Below, one piece after another: positions 19,565-28,170 of a DNA stretch of 64,000 nucleotides. The notes under the pieces are model-generated. The model was not told the DNA's origin. It saw nothing but the letters and a program-made list of their open reading frames with translations, and did not search any database. The position numbers and the translations under genes were made by a program. The stretch covers positions 16,115 to 80,114 of the forward strand of contig JAYWBB010000112.1 of assembly GCA_043781855.1 (NCBI GenBank). Direction: 5' to 3'. The first letter of the stretch is position 1; each line of letters opens with the position of its first letter. Source of the DNA: Nevskia sp. GTDB taxonomy: Bacteria; Pseudomonadota; Gammaproteobacteria; Nevskiales; Nevskiaceae.

Positions 19565-22060
19565 TCAGGCCGGCCGCTCGGCGATATGGCGCACGGTCAG
19601 CGCGTTGTAGAGGCCGCGCAGCGCGCGGTAATAGCCGCGCAGGCCGAAGCCGAGCACCTCGATCAGGCTGTGCAGCGGCCGGTCGTGGATGCGCTCGCTA
19701 TCGTTATCGAGCCAGGCGTCGGCACGGCCGAAGGTGCATTCGATCAGGCGTCGCTCGTCGTCGAGCGAGAGCGCCTCGAAACGCAGCCCGATGTGCAGCG
19801 GCTTCGCGGCGGTAACCACCGCCTCGAACGCATATTCGGCGCCGCCGCGCCGCAGGCCGACGTGCAGGCGCGTGCCGACCGCGATGCGCACAGCCTGTGG
19901 CAACGCCAGCCCGAGGCCGTTGGCCGAGTAGTCTTCGGTCTCGCAGGCGACGACGTGGCCGTTCGGCAGGTACAGGCAGGCCGGCATGCGCAACGCAACG
20001 CGCTGCGCAACGCGCACCTGACGCGCCTCGGCCGCGACGCCGAGCGCCGTGCCCATCATCACCACGTTGGCCAGGGCCCAGACCGCGTTCATGATCACCG
20101 TGCCGCTCTCGAAGCTGTTCCAGTACAGGAGTCGTGGCACCGCGAGGGCCAGGCCGAACGTATTCAACGCGACGAGCGTCAGATAGGGCACGGCAATGGC
20201 CCAGTCGAAATAGGGCCGCTCCACCAGCCCGCCCTTGGCGGTGACGTTGAACGTCCCGGCGCTCGGCTTGATGAGCGCCACCGCCGTCGGCACCGCGATG
20301 TACCAGGCCAGCACCGATTCGTAGGCCTCGGCCCAGAACGAATAGCGGAAGCGGCCCTGCGTGCGCGAGTTGGCGAGGCTGGCCTGCACGAGATGCGGCA
20401 GCACGTAGATCGCGAGCACGATCGCCTGCGCGTTGATCACGTGCATCTCGAACAGCAGATAGGCCAGCGGCGAAGTCAGGAACACCAGGCGCGGCAGGCC
20501 GTAGAAGAAATGCAGCATCGCGTTGGCGTAGCAGATGCGCTGAAAAAAGCGCAAGCCCGGTCCGAACATCGGGTTGTCGAGCCGGAAGATCTGCGCCATG
20601 CCGCGCGCCCAGCGGATGCGCTGACCGACGTGCGCCGAAAGGCTCTCGGTGGCGAGCCCCGCCGCTTGCGTCAGCTTCAGGTAGGCGGAGGTCCAGCCGA
20701 GGCGATGCATCTTCAGCGCCGTGTGGGCGTCCTCGGTGACCGTCTCGACGGCGATGCCGCCGACCTGCGCCAGCGCCGTGCGCCGCAGCACGGCGCAGGA
20801 GCCGCAAAAGAACGACGCGTTCCAGAGATCGTTGCCGTCCTGTACCAGTCCGTAGAACAGGCTGCCCTCGTTCGGCACGCGGCCGAAGGTGTCGAGATTG
20901 CGCTCGAACGGATCGGGCGAGAAGAAATGATGCGGTGTCTGCACCAGCGCGCACTTTCGGTCCTTGAGGAACCAGCCGACCGTGGTCTGCAGGAAGGAGC
21001 GCACGGGGATGTGGTCGCAGTCGAAGATCGCGATGAATTCAGCGTCCGTGACCTTCATCGCGTGGTTGAGATTGCCGGCCTTGGCGTGGGCGTTGTCGTT
21101 GCGCTGGATGTAATTTGCGCCAACCTCTCGAGCAAAGCTGCGGAAGCTGTCGCGCCGGCCGTCGTCGAGCAGGTGCACCCGCAGTTTGTCGCGCGGCCAA
21201 TCGAGCGAGAGCGCGGCCAGCACCGTCGGTTTCACGACTTTCAGCGGCTCGTTGTAGGAGGGGATGTAGACGTCGACGACCGGCCAGGTCGTGGAATCTT
21301 CCGGCAGCGCCACCGTGGGCCGGTCGAGCGGCCAGGCGTTCTGGATGAACCCGAGAACCAGGATCAGCCAGGCATAGCTTTCCGCCACCACCAACCCAAG
21401 TCCGAAGGCGTAGTCCGCACCCGATTCGAGCACCAGGGTCTGCGTCACGCGCCACCAGACGTAGCGCGCCGTCGCGAGCACCGAGAAGCCCATCATGATC
21501 AGGGTCGGCACATGGCCAGGAATGCGGCGCACAACAAGCGTCAGCACCCACATCACGAGGAATACGGCGGACTGCTGCGCGAACGACAGCGGCGTGGTGG
21601 CCCAGAGCACGACCAGTCCGAAGCCGAAGATCATCGCCACTGCTCCGGAAAAAGGCCGGCTGAGCAGCGAACCGACGGACCAGCGCTCGAGCTGGGCAGT
21701 GACGGGCGCGAAGTCGATGCCATCGAGCAACGCTTCGAAGCGCTGCAGCGGCCAGGCGATCACCGCGAGCGCGAAGCGCAGGATGGCGACGGGCACGCGC
21801 ACCGGCGAACGCTGTCGCCGCCGCGCGCGCAGCGTTCGCACGCACATGGCTGTAAGCCAGTCGCGCCAGCGCCGGCGGTCGTCGACGCCGAGCGCACCAG
21901 CGCAGGCATCCGCGAACGGACGCAGACGACGCTGCACCGCGTCGGGCAGCTGCGGTCGTCGTTCCGGTGGCGGCACCAGCAGGCGCAGCAGCCATTCGCG
22001 CCCGCTGTAGCAGTTGCGCACGCCGAGTGCCTCGGCCAGTTGGTCGATCGGCGCGATCAC
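19565..22060 (-). CDS. bcsA: Cellulose synthase catalytic subunit BcsA (GT2 plus PilZ)
   Basis: GT2 motifs present are FDCDH, VTEDAHT and QRIRWARG (QxxRW). The C-terminal PilZ motifs are RQVRV and DYSANG. I prefer the GTG at 22060, which forms a GTGA overlap with the bcsQ stop. The ORF-track extension to 22309 overlaps bcsQ. Confidence 0.93.
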   Translation of the reverse strand: MIAPIDQLAEALGVRNCYSGREWLLRLLVPPPERRPQLPDAVQRRLRPFADACAGALGVDDRRRWRDWLTAMCVRTLRARRRQRSPVRVPVAILRFALAVIAWPLQRFEALLDGIDFAPVTAQLERWSVGSLLSRPFSGAVAMIFGFGLVVLWATTPLSFAQQSAVFLVMWVLTLVVRRIPGHVPTLIMMGFSVLATARYVWWRVTQTLVLESGADYAFGLGLVVAESYAWLILVLGFIQNAWPLDRPTVALPEDSTTWPVVDVYIPSYNEPLKVVKPTVLAALSLDWPRDKLRVHLLDDGRRDSFRSFAREVGANYIQRNDNAHAKAGNLNHAMKVTDAEFIAIFDCDHIPVRSFLQTTVGWFLKDRKCALVQTPHHFFSPDPFERNLDTFGRVPNEGSLFYGLVQDGNDLWNASFFCGSCAVLRRTALAQVGGIAVETVTEDAHTALKMHRLGWTSAYLKLTQAAGLATESLSAHVGQRIRWARGMAQIFRLDNPMFGPGLRFFQRICYANAMLHFFYGLPRLVFLTSPLAYLLFEMHVINAQAIVLAIYVLPHLVQASLANSRTQGRFRYSFWAEAYESVLAWYIAVPTAVALIKPSAGTFNVTAKGGLVERPYFDWAIAVPYLTLVALNTFGLALAVPRLLYWNSFESGTVIMNAVWALANVVMMGTALGVAAEARQVRVAQRVALRMPACLYLPNGHVVACETEDYSANGLGLALPQAVRIAVGTRLHVGLRRGGAEYAFEAVVTAAKPLHIGLRFEALSLDDERRLIECTFGRADAWLDNDSERIHDRPLHSLIEVLGFGLRGYYRALRGLYNALTVRHIAERPA

Positions 22061-22740
22061 GTTCTTGCCCGCTCGTGAACGAACCAGCGCGCCAGCGCGT
22101 GGATGTCGCGCACCGCCTGCGAGCTGCTGCCGTAATCGAGCAGCGCGCGATCGGCGGCGAGCGCCTCGGCCACCGCCTCGTCGCGATGCACCGCGTACGG
22201 CGCCAGCGTGTCGCCGAGTTCGTCGAGCAGCACCGCGCGCAGGTCGGTGTGCAGGCTGCGGGTGGCGTCGAAGCCGTTGAGCAGGTGCACCCGCGCGCGC
22301 GCCGGACACTGCCCGCGCAGGCCGGCATAGGACAGCGGCGTCGGCGCCAGCACCTCGATCGCGCAGTCGGCCGCGCGGCAGGCTTCATCGGCCAGAAGCG
22401 AGGGCCGGCGCGGCGTGTCGCACAACACGATGGCCTCGGGCGGAAGCTCGATCCGCGCGAGCTGCACGGCGAACCAGCCGGGTTCGTGCGCAAGCCGCGC
22501 CTCCAGCGCAGCGCGCTGCGCTGCCGTGGTCTGCCCGAACGGCAGATAGCGCAGATTGTCGGCCGTCATCAGGGCGGCGTCGGCCCAGTCGCGGCCTTGC
22601 GCCACGGCGGCGCCGATGCCCGGCTCGGGCCCACGACCGGTACCGAGCAACAGGCCGAGCACGTTGGCCGGATCGAGATCGATGACCAGCGTCGGCACAT
22701 CGAGCCGCGCGATGGCGTGACCGAGTGCCGCCGTCAGCAT
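22057..22740 (-). CDS. bcsQ: BcsQ (YhjQ), MinD/ParA-like cellulose synthesis protein; start codon problematic
   Basis: LTAALGHAIARLDVPTLVIDLDPANVLGLLLG aligns with the E. coli BcsQ region after the P-loop. The P-loop-equivalent codons (LFALTSAAGGAGRT) lie upstream of the first ATG (22740), in frame, but no canonical start codon precedes them. See the finding on 22740-22800. Confidence 0.8.
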   Translation of the reverse strand: MLTAALGHAIARLDVPTLVIDLDPANVLGLLLGTGRGPEPGIGAAVAQGRDWADAALMTADNLRYLPFGQTTAAQRAALEARLAHEPGWFAVQLARIELPPEAIVLCDTPRRPSLLADEACRAADCAIEVLAPTPLSYAGLRGQCPARARVHLLNGFDATRSLHTDLRAVLLDELGDTLAPYAVHRDEAVAEALAADRALLDYGSSSQAVRDIHALARWFVHERART

Positions 22741-22769
22741 AGTCCGCCCGGCGCCGCCCGCCGCCGACG

Positions 22770-23003
22770 TTAGCGCGAAGAGGCGGACGGTTTATCCTCC
22801 GGCAATGGCTCCGGATCCGGCGCGGCCGGATCGACCGGGATCAGCAGCACCGGCCGCCAGGCGCGGCCGAGCAGGCGCCGGCGCAATGCGCGCAGACGCA
22901 GGCTCGTCGCCAGCGGCGAGCGCAGCAGCAAGGCCAGCGAGCCGATGGCGCCGCCCAGGGTGAACGCGAGGAGGAAATCGACCGCGAGGTCGCCGAAGGT
23001 CAT
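22770..23003 (-). CDS. bcsF: Small single-TM protein, BcsF-like
   Basis: These are the last 77 codons of ORF 22770..24197: MTFGDLAVDFLLAFTLGGAIGSLALLLRSPLATSLRLRALRRRLLG. One TM helix is followed by an Arg-rich tail, as in E. coli BcsF. There is an ATGA overlap with the bcsE stop, and the gene sits immediately after bcsE. Confidence 0.6.
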   Translation of the reverse strand: MTFGDLAVDFLLAFTLGGAIGSLALLLRSPLATSLRLRALRRRLLGRAWRPVLLIPVDPAAPDPEPLPEDKPSASSR

Positions 23004-24643
23004 GGCGCGATCGTGAGTCGCAGGGGCGACGACGTGACATTGCGCAGCGCCGGTGCCGGTGTCACCACTACCGATGTCGTTACGGCGATCGGCGGCGCCC
23101 TCTCGACCGTGGTCGGCGCGCAGGCATGGGATTCGAGTTGCAGCGAAAAAACCTGCGCCGGATGCAGTTGCAGGCGCTGGTGCAGGACATTCGCCTCGAT
23201 CATCGCCGAAGTGTTGGTCGGGTAACGGACTTGCGACTCGATCAACTCGCCGATGGGCACCGCAAACAGGCGATCGACGATCTGATCGGCGTCGCGGTCC
23301 CAGCAGCCGAACATGAACAGATAGACGCTGCCGTCGCCGAAGGTGCAGATATCGCCGGGACGGGTGATCCGCAACCCTTTCAGCGTCTGCAGCGGCTCGG
23401 CGCCGGCGCGCAGCACGAGGCGCACAAGCACGCTTTCGAGCCCGAGCGTCGCGGCGCGGCGCGCACCCTCGATCAGCGCGATGCAGAACGCTTCCGGCGC
23501 GAGGTAGCCGCCCTGCGCCTGCGGCAGACCGTGCATGAAGGCCTCGCCGAAATCGGCGATGACTTCGCGGTTGTAGCGCTGCCCGCGCAGGCTGCCGATG
23601 ATCGCGCCGAGCCGGTCCGTGTCGGTGGCGAGCACGACGACGTTCGCGCCCAGCGACAACAGCAGCTGTTCCTGGCTGCGCCGCAGTGGCGCGCCGACCT
23701 GGCAGACCACGATCTTCAGTGCTGGCCCGCGCTGGCGCCGCAGGCTGTGGACGGTGTACGCGAGATCGCGGAAGCGATGCGGCGCGTCGGTTTCGAGCAC
23801 GCAGGTGGCGCCGACAGCGTCGCTGGCGCGTGCGGACAGCGCGTCGAGGTCTTCGACGATTTCCCATAGCGTCGGGATGCGCTGTTCGCCGCGGACGACG
23901 CTGGCGGTTGCGATCACGCGTTCCTCGTCGACGGCTTCCGCGAGCCGCGTGTCGAGCGGCTGGTCGCGTGCGCTGACGCGAGTATCGACGCCGAGACCGC
24001 CTTCCGGCAGGCGTCGCAGCGGGTATTCGGGGCTGATGATCTGCCCCTCGGGCAGACGCCAGTAATGCGTCGACCAGCGGAGCCGGGAATCGGCGTTGCC
24101 GATTGCGGCAACGCCGTCGAAACCGCCCGTGGTCAGCAGCGTCTCCGATGGCCGCTCGAGCAGCGCGAGCAGCGTCGTCGCAGTCTCGCGCAGCCATTCG
24201 CGCAGCAGCGCGACGTGGCGGTTGGCGTCGCCCTCGGCCGCGTCGTGCATCAGCGCTTCGCCAGGCGCGAGAATGATGATGCCGCCGGGTTCGAAGCCGA
24301 AGTGGTCGAACTCGTCGAGCAACTGTGCCGTGCCGGCACGCGCGAGGCGCGCCACGCTGTCGCGATCCGGACGAAACAGGTGCAGCCGCTTCTGTTTCGC
24401 CGCACGGTGACCGTCGATATCGCAGCGCGCGAGAAAATCGAGCAGCGGCGCAATCGGCAGGTTGCCGATCAGCGCCGTGGCCTGCTTCGCCGACAGCGCT
24501 TCGACCAGCGTGCCCGCGACGAGCTGCAGCCGCAGATCGGCGTCATCGACAACCACCGCATAGGCACAGCCGAGGCGCAGACTGCGCAGCTCCGACGGCA
24601 GCCCGCCGATGCCCAGTCTTACCGGCCGCGATGGCCGTTTCAC
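23000..24643 (-). CDS. bcsE: BcsE, cyclic-di-GMP-binding GIL-domain protein
   Basis: The N-terminus RLGIGGLPSELRSLRLGCAYAVVV resembles the E. coli BcsE N-terminus. An RxGD motif is present (LRITRPGD). I prefer the GTG at 24643, which forms a GTGA overlap with the bcsR stop. The ORF track starts at 24697. Confidence 0.75.
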   Translation of the reverse strand: MKRPSRPVRLGIGGLPSELRSLRLGCAYAVVVDDADLRLQLVAGTLVEALSAKQATALIGNLPIAPLLDFLARCDIDGHRAAKQKRLHLFRPDRDSVARLARAGTAQLLDEFDHFGFEPGGIIILAPGEALMHDAAEGDANRHVALLREWLRETATTLLALLERPSETLLTTGGFDGVAAIGNADSRLRWSTHYWRLPEGQIISPEYPLRRLPEGGLGVDTRVSARDQPLDTRLAEAVDEERVIATASVVRGEQRIPTLWEIVEDLDALSARASDAVGATCVLETDAPHRFRDLAYTVHSLRRQRGPALKIVVCQVGAPLRRSQEQLLLSLGANVVVLATDTDRLGAIIGSLRGQRYNREVIADFGEAFMHGLPQAQGGYLAPEAFCIALIEGARRAATLGLESVLVRLVLRAGAEPLQTLKGLRITRPGDICTFGDGSVYLFMFGCWDRDADQIVDRLFAVPIGELIESQVRYPTNTSAMIEANVLHQRLQLHPAQVFSLQLESHACAPTTVERAPPIAVTTSVVVTPAPALRNVTSSPLRLTIAP

Positions 24644-24840
24644 GGAACCGACTCGCGCTCGTCGTCGCCGCGCTTCAAGCGCAGCAGGAGCGGCCATCGC
24701 GCGAGCGCCTGCGCGGCCAGCTCGCCACGCTGCACGTCGAGATAGCGAAAAACGTCGATGCCACCGAGATGACGCCGCAAGGCATCGATGTCGTCCGAGG
24801 CGACATCGGCGCCCGGCAGAATGGATTCCGGAATGCTCAT
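24640..24840 (-). CDS. bcsR: BcsR (YhjR, DUF2629) small cellulose synthesis protein
   Basis: 66 aa. DIDALRRHLGGIDVFRYLDVQRGELAAQALARWPLLLRL parallels E. coli BcsR (...DIVALKQAF...REQLAAALKRWPLLAEF). It is the first gene of the minus-strand bcs string. Confidence 0.7.
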   Translation of the reverse strand: MSIPESILPGADVASDDIDALRRHLGGIDVFRYLDVQRGELAAQALARWPLLLRLKRGDDERESVP

Positions 24841-24850
24841 GGTCGATCGC

Positions 24851-25108
24851 TCAGCCGAGCAGCGCTTTGACCTTGGCGATGTAACGCGTCATCGCCTCAT
24901 CGGGCGGCGTCCCTTTCAGTCTGGTCCAGGCGTCGTACTTGGCGCGGCCGACCAGATCGAGCATACCGGGGCGGCTACCGTTCGCGTCGCCGCTGCTGCC
25001 CTGCTTGTACATCGAGTAAAGCGCGAGCATGTCTTCGCTGCTCGGTCGCTTGCTCAGGGTCTTTGCTTCTTTCTGGGCTTGCTCGAACTGGGCTTTCAAA
25101 TCGGCCAT
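24851..25108 (-). CDS. Acyl-CoA-binding protein (ACBP)
   Basis: 85 aa. MADLKAQFEQAQKEAKTLSKRPSSEDMLALYSMYKQGSSGDANGSRPGMLDLVGRAKYDAWTRLKG carries the ACBP signature (YKQ...GD...P...KWDAW-like). Confidence 0.88.
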   Translation of the reverse strand: MADLKAQFEQAQKEAKTLSKRPSSEDMLALYSMYKQGSSGDANGSRPGMLDLVGRAKYDAWTRLKGTPPDEAMTRYIAKVKALLG

Positions 25109-25184
25109 GGTCTCTACTCTAGTTTGTTTGTGATGGCGGGACTTTATAGCGCGTGGCGCAAGCAGGCTCAAACCGCGCGCGGGC

Positions 25185-25673
25185 TCAGGATCGCCGCAAG
25201 AGAGTAACGAACGAGTGCGCGAGGGCGTGACGATCATCGGCAGCGCGGTCGTCTCGCGCGGTCTCGCGCCAAGCCTCGGCGTCGATCGTCGGAAAAAAGG
25301 CATCGCCGTCGACCACCGCGTGAACACGCGTGAGTTCCAGCCGCGCCGCCAATGGCAGCGTCTGCCGATACAGCTCCGCACCACCGATGACGATGAGCTC
25401 GCCGCCGTGATGCGCGGCGAGCGCACTGTCGAGATCGTGAAATGCGCGCGCGCCGGGTTTCTCGAAGTTGCAATCGCGCGTCAGCACCCAGTTCGCCCGC
25501 TCCGGCAGCGGCCGGCCGAGCGAGTCCCAGGTCTTGCGGCCCATCAGCACGGTCTTGCCGATGGTCAGGCGCTTGAAGCGTTTCAGGTCTTCCGGCAAGC
25601 GCCAGGGAAGATCGCCGTTGCGGCCGATGACGCCGTTGTCGGCGACGGCGGCGATCAGGACGAGTTCGCTCAC
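25185..25673 (-). CDS. folA: Dihydrofolate reductase
   Basis: 162 aa. LIAAVADNGVIGRNGDLPWRLPEDLKRFKRLTIGKTVLMGRKTWDSLG is the canonical DHFR motif. It has a GTG start with a GTGA overlap. Confidence 0.95.
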   Translation of the reverse strand: MSELVLIAAVADNGVIGRNGDLPWRLPEDLKRFKRLTIGKTVLMGRKTWDSLGRPLPERANWVLTRDCNFEKPGARAFHDLDSALAAHHGGELIVIGGAELYRQTLPLAARLELTRVHAVVDGDAFFPTIDAEAWRETARDDRAADDRHALAHSFVTLLRRS

Positions 25674-26512
25674 GGCACGGTCTTCGGGCTGCTGCGGTCG
25701 AGCACATCGATGATCTCCCGGATCACCAGATCAGGGCGCTTCCACAGGACAAAATGCCCCTGGTCCGGCACCAGGACGACCTTGCCGTTCGGCTTCGGCA
25801 GCAGCTTTTCGGCGTAGGCAGCGGTACGCGGATCGACCAGTTCGTCCTTCGCGCCCTGCACGACCGTGATCGGCATGTGCAGAGTTTTCCAGCGCGAGGT
25901 CTGCGTTTCGAGTTCGCCGACCAGGGGCATCAGCTCCTGGTTCGACCAGACGAATTCCTCGGGTGCAAGCCACTGCGCCAGCTTCCAGGTCATGAGGTAG
26001 TTGTACCAGCGCGGCTGTTCGGTGTTCGGATCGATCGACGGCGCGACGAGCACGGCACCGCGCACCTCAAGGGGATAGTCCATAGCAAGTTCCGCGCCGA
26101 TCGGTCCGCCCAGCGAATGTCCGACGACAACGGCGCTGCCGGCGAGGAGTGGCTCCAGCAGCCGCGCCTGCTCTGCCATCGGCGGCGCCATGCGGCCACC
26201 GTCGGAGGCGCCGAAGCCGGGACGATCGACCGAAATCAGCGTGGCGCGCTTCTGTAGTTCAGGGTCCGCGAGGTAGCGCGCCCAGGCCTTCCAGTCGCCC
26301 GGCGTGCCGTGCAGAAATACGATACGCGCCGGACCGCCGGCAATTTCCCAGTAATGGATCGTGCGATCGCCGACCGCGTAGGTCTTCTCGACCGGCCGCG
26401 GCGGCTGCGGGAACAGTTGCTCGACGGGCCCGCGCGGATACGGCGGATTCGCGCCGAAGGCATTGAGTACCGTGAACAGCAGGCCAAGGCTCGCGAGATG
26501 CGCCGGCTTCAT
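25670..26512 (-). CDS. Secreted alpha/beta-fold hydrolase
   Basis: The ATG at 26512 forms an ATGA overlap with the thyA stop. The signal peptide is [21 protein letters not shown]. It has an HG oxyanion motif (FLHGTPGD), the nucleophile elbow GHSLGG, and a C-terminal DQGHF. Confidence 0.8.
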   Translation of the reverse strand: MKPAHLASLGLLFTVLNAFGANPPYPRGPVEQLFPQPPRPVEKTYAVGDRTIHYWEIAGGPARIVFLHGTPGDWKAWARYLADPELQKRATLISVDRPGFGASDGGRMAPPMAEQARLLEPLLAGSAVVVGHSLGGPIGAELAMDYPLEVRGAVLVAPSIDPNTEQPRWYNYLMTWKLAQWLAPEEFVWSNQELMPLVGELETQTSRWKTLHMPITVVQGAKDELVDPRTAAYAEKLLPKPNGKVVLVPDQGHFVLWKRPDLVIREIIDVLDRSSPKTVP

Positions 26513-27303
26513 ATGGCGACTTTGGCCTTGATATGTGGGTGTGGTTCGTAGCCGCTGAGGCCGAAGTCTTCGAGCTTGAACGAGAACAGGTCTTTCACTT
26601 GCGCGTTCAGCGTCATCGTTGGTAGCGCCTTCGGCGCGCGCGACAGTTGCAGGCGCGCCTGTTCGAGATGATTCGAGTAGAGGTGGCAGTCGCCGCCGGT
26701 CCAGACGAAATCGCCCGGCTGGAATCCCGCGACCTGCGCGATCATCAGCGTCAGCAGTGCGTACGAAGCAATGTTGAACGGCACGCCGAGGAAGATATCG
26801 GCGCTGCGCTGGTAAAGCTGGCAGGAGAGTTTGCCGTTGGCGACATAGAACTGGAACAGCGCGTGGCAGGGCATCAGCGCCATCTTGTCGAGCTCGCCGA
26901 CGTTCCAGGCCGAAACCAGAAGGCGGCGCGAATCGGGCGTGTTTTTCAGCTGTTCGAGCAGTTGCCCGATCTGATCGATGTGACGGCCATCGGCGGTCGG
27001 CCAGGAGCGCCACTGCTTGCCGTAAACCGGGCCGAGTTCGCCGTTCGTGTCGGCCCACTCGTCCCAGATCGAAACACCCTGCTCTTTCAGGAACGCGGTG
27101 TTGGTGTCGCCGCGCAGGAACCACAACAGCTCCACCGCGATCGACTTCAGGTGCAGCTTCTTGGTCGTCAGCAGCGGAAAGCCGGCCGCGAGATCGAAGC
27201 GCATCTGGTAACCGAACACCGAGCGCGTACCGGTGCCGGTGCGGTCGGACTTCTGGTCGCCGTGGTCGAGCACGTGCTGCATCAGGTCGAGGTACTGGCG
27301 CAT
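26509..27303 (-). CDS. thyA: Thymidylate synthase
   Basis: 264 aa. [38 protein letters not shown] and ...[13 protein letters not shown] are canonical ThyA sequences. Confidence 0.97.
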   Translation of the reverse strand: MRQYLDLMQHVLDHGDQKSDRTGTGTRSVFGYQMRFDLAAGFPLLTTKKLHLKSIAVELLWFLRGDTNTAFLKEQGVSIWDEWADTNGELGPVYGKQWRSWPTADGRHIDQIGQLLEQLKNTPDSRRLLVSAWNVGELDKMALMPCHALFQFYVANGKLSCQLYQRSADIFLGVPFNIASYALLTLMIAQVAGFQPGDFVWTGGDCHLYSNHLEQARLQLSRAPKALPTMTLNAQVKDLFSFKLEDFGLSGYEPHPHIKAKVAI

Positions 27304-27304
27304 G

Positions 27305-28111
27305 TCAGGCGTCGTTCCGGCGGTACGCGAGCATCATCAACGTGAGGCCGGCGATAAGCATCGGCACGCAGAGTTGCATGCCCATCGTGAACCAGCTCGT
27401 GCCATACAGGTATCCGAGCTGCTGGTCCGGCTCGCGCACGAATTCCACGGCGAAGCGGAATGCGCCATAGAGCAGCAGGAACAGGCCGCTGGCGGCCCTG
27501 CGCGGCCGTGGCTTCGCGCCGAACCACCAGAGGATCGCGAACATCGCGAGCCCTTCGAGGCCAGCCTCGTAGAGCATGCTCGGATGGCGCGGCAACGAGT
27601 CCGGCGCGTGCTGGAAGACCATGCCCCAGGGCAAGGTCGTCGGTGCGCCCCAGAGCTCGCCGTTGATGAAATTGCCGATGCGACCGGTGAACAGGCCGAC
27701 CGGCACGCAGACCGCGATGAAGTCGGTCACGGTCCAGAAGCTCAAGCGGTTCTGCCAGGCATAGACCTGCATTGCGACCAGCACGCCGATCAGCCCGCCA
27801 TGGAACGACATGCCGCCCTGCCAGATGCGAAAGATCACGAGTGGATCGTGCAGGAAAACCAGGCCGTGCTCGTCGAAGTTATAGAAGAACGTGTAGCCGA
27901 TGCGGCCACCGAGTATCACGCCGAGCACGCCGTAAAAAAGCACGTCGGAAATGCGTTCCGAAGTCCAGAAGCTCAGATGCGGATAGCGGCCGCGAATTCG
28001 ACTGAGCCACCAGAAGCCCCAGAAGCCGAGCAGGTAGGTGATGCCGTACCAGCGCACGCTCAGAGGCCCGAGATGCAGGGCAACCGGGTCGAAATCGGGG
28101 TGGACGAGCAT
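27305..28111 (-). CDS. lgt: Prolipoprotein diacylglyceryl transferase
   Basis: 268 aa. It contains [27 protein letters not shown] and [11 protein letters not shown]...[12 protein letters not shown]. The lgt-thyA adjacency is the same as in E. coli. Confidence 0.95.
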   Translation of the reverse strand: MLVHPDFDPVALHLGPLSVRWYGITYLLGFWGFWWLSRIRGRYPHLSFWTSERISDVLFYGVLGVILGGRIGYTFFYNFDEHGLVFLHDPLVIFRIWQGGMSFHGGLIGVLVAMQVYAWQNRLSFWTVTDFIAVCVPVGLFTGRIGNFINGELWGAPTTLPWGMVFQHAPDSLPRHPSMLYEAGLEGLAMFAILWWFGAKPRPRRAASGLFLLLYGAFRFAVEFVREPDQQLGYLYGTSWFTMGMQLCVPMLIAGLTLMMLAYRRNDA

Positions 28112-28170
28112 GCGCGACGAAGGCTCCGGGGCGGTCGGCTTATTTTAAGGCAGGCGGGCTTGCGCGCGTG

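Noticed and set aside
22061-22309. N-terminal extension of the bcsA ORF (track start at 22309)
   Set aside because: It would overlap 250 nt of bcsQ. The GTG at 22060 gives a GTGA junction with the bcsQ stop and an N-terminus comparable to E. coli BcsA.
22770-24197. 475-aa minus-strand ORF
   Set aside because: It overlaps bcsE out of frame and is Arg-rich for most of its length. I accept only its last 77 codons, from the ATG at 23003, as the bcsF-like gene.
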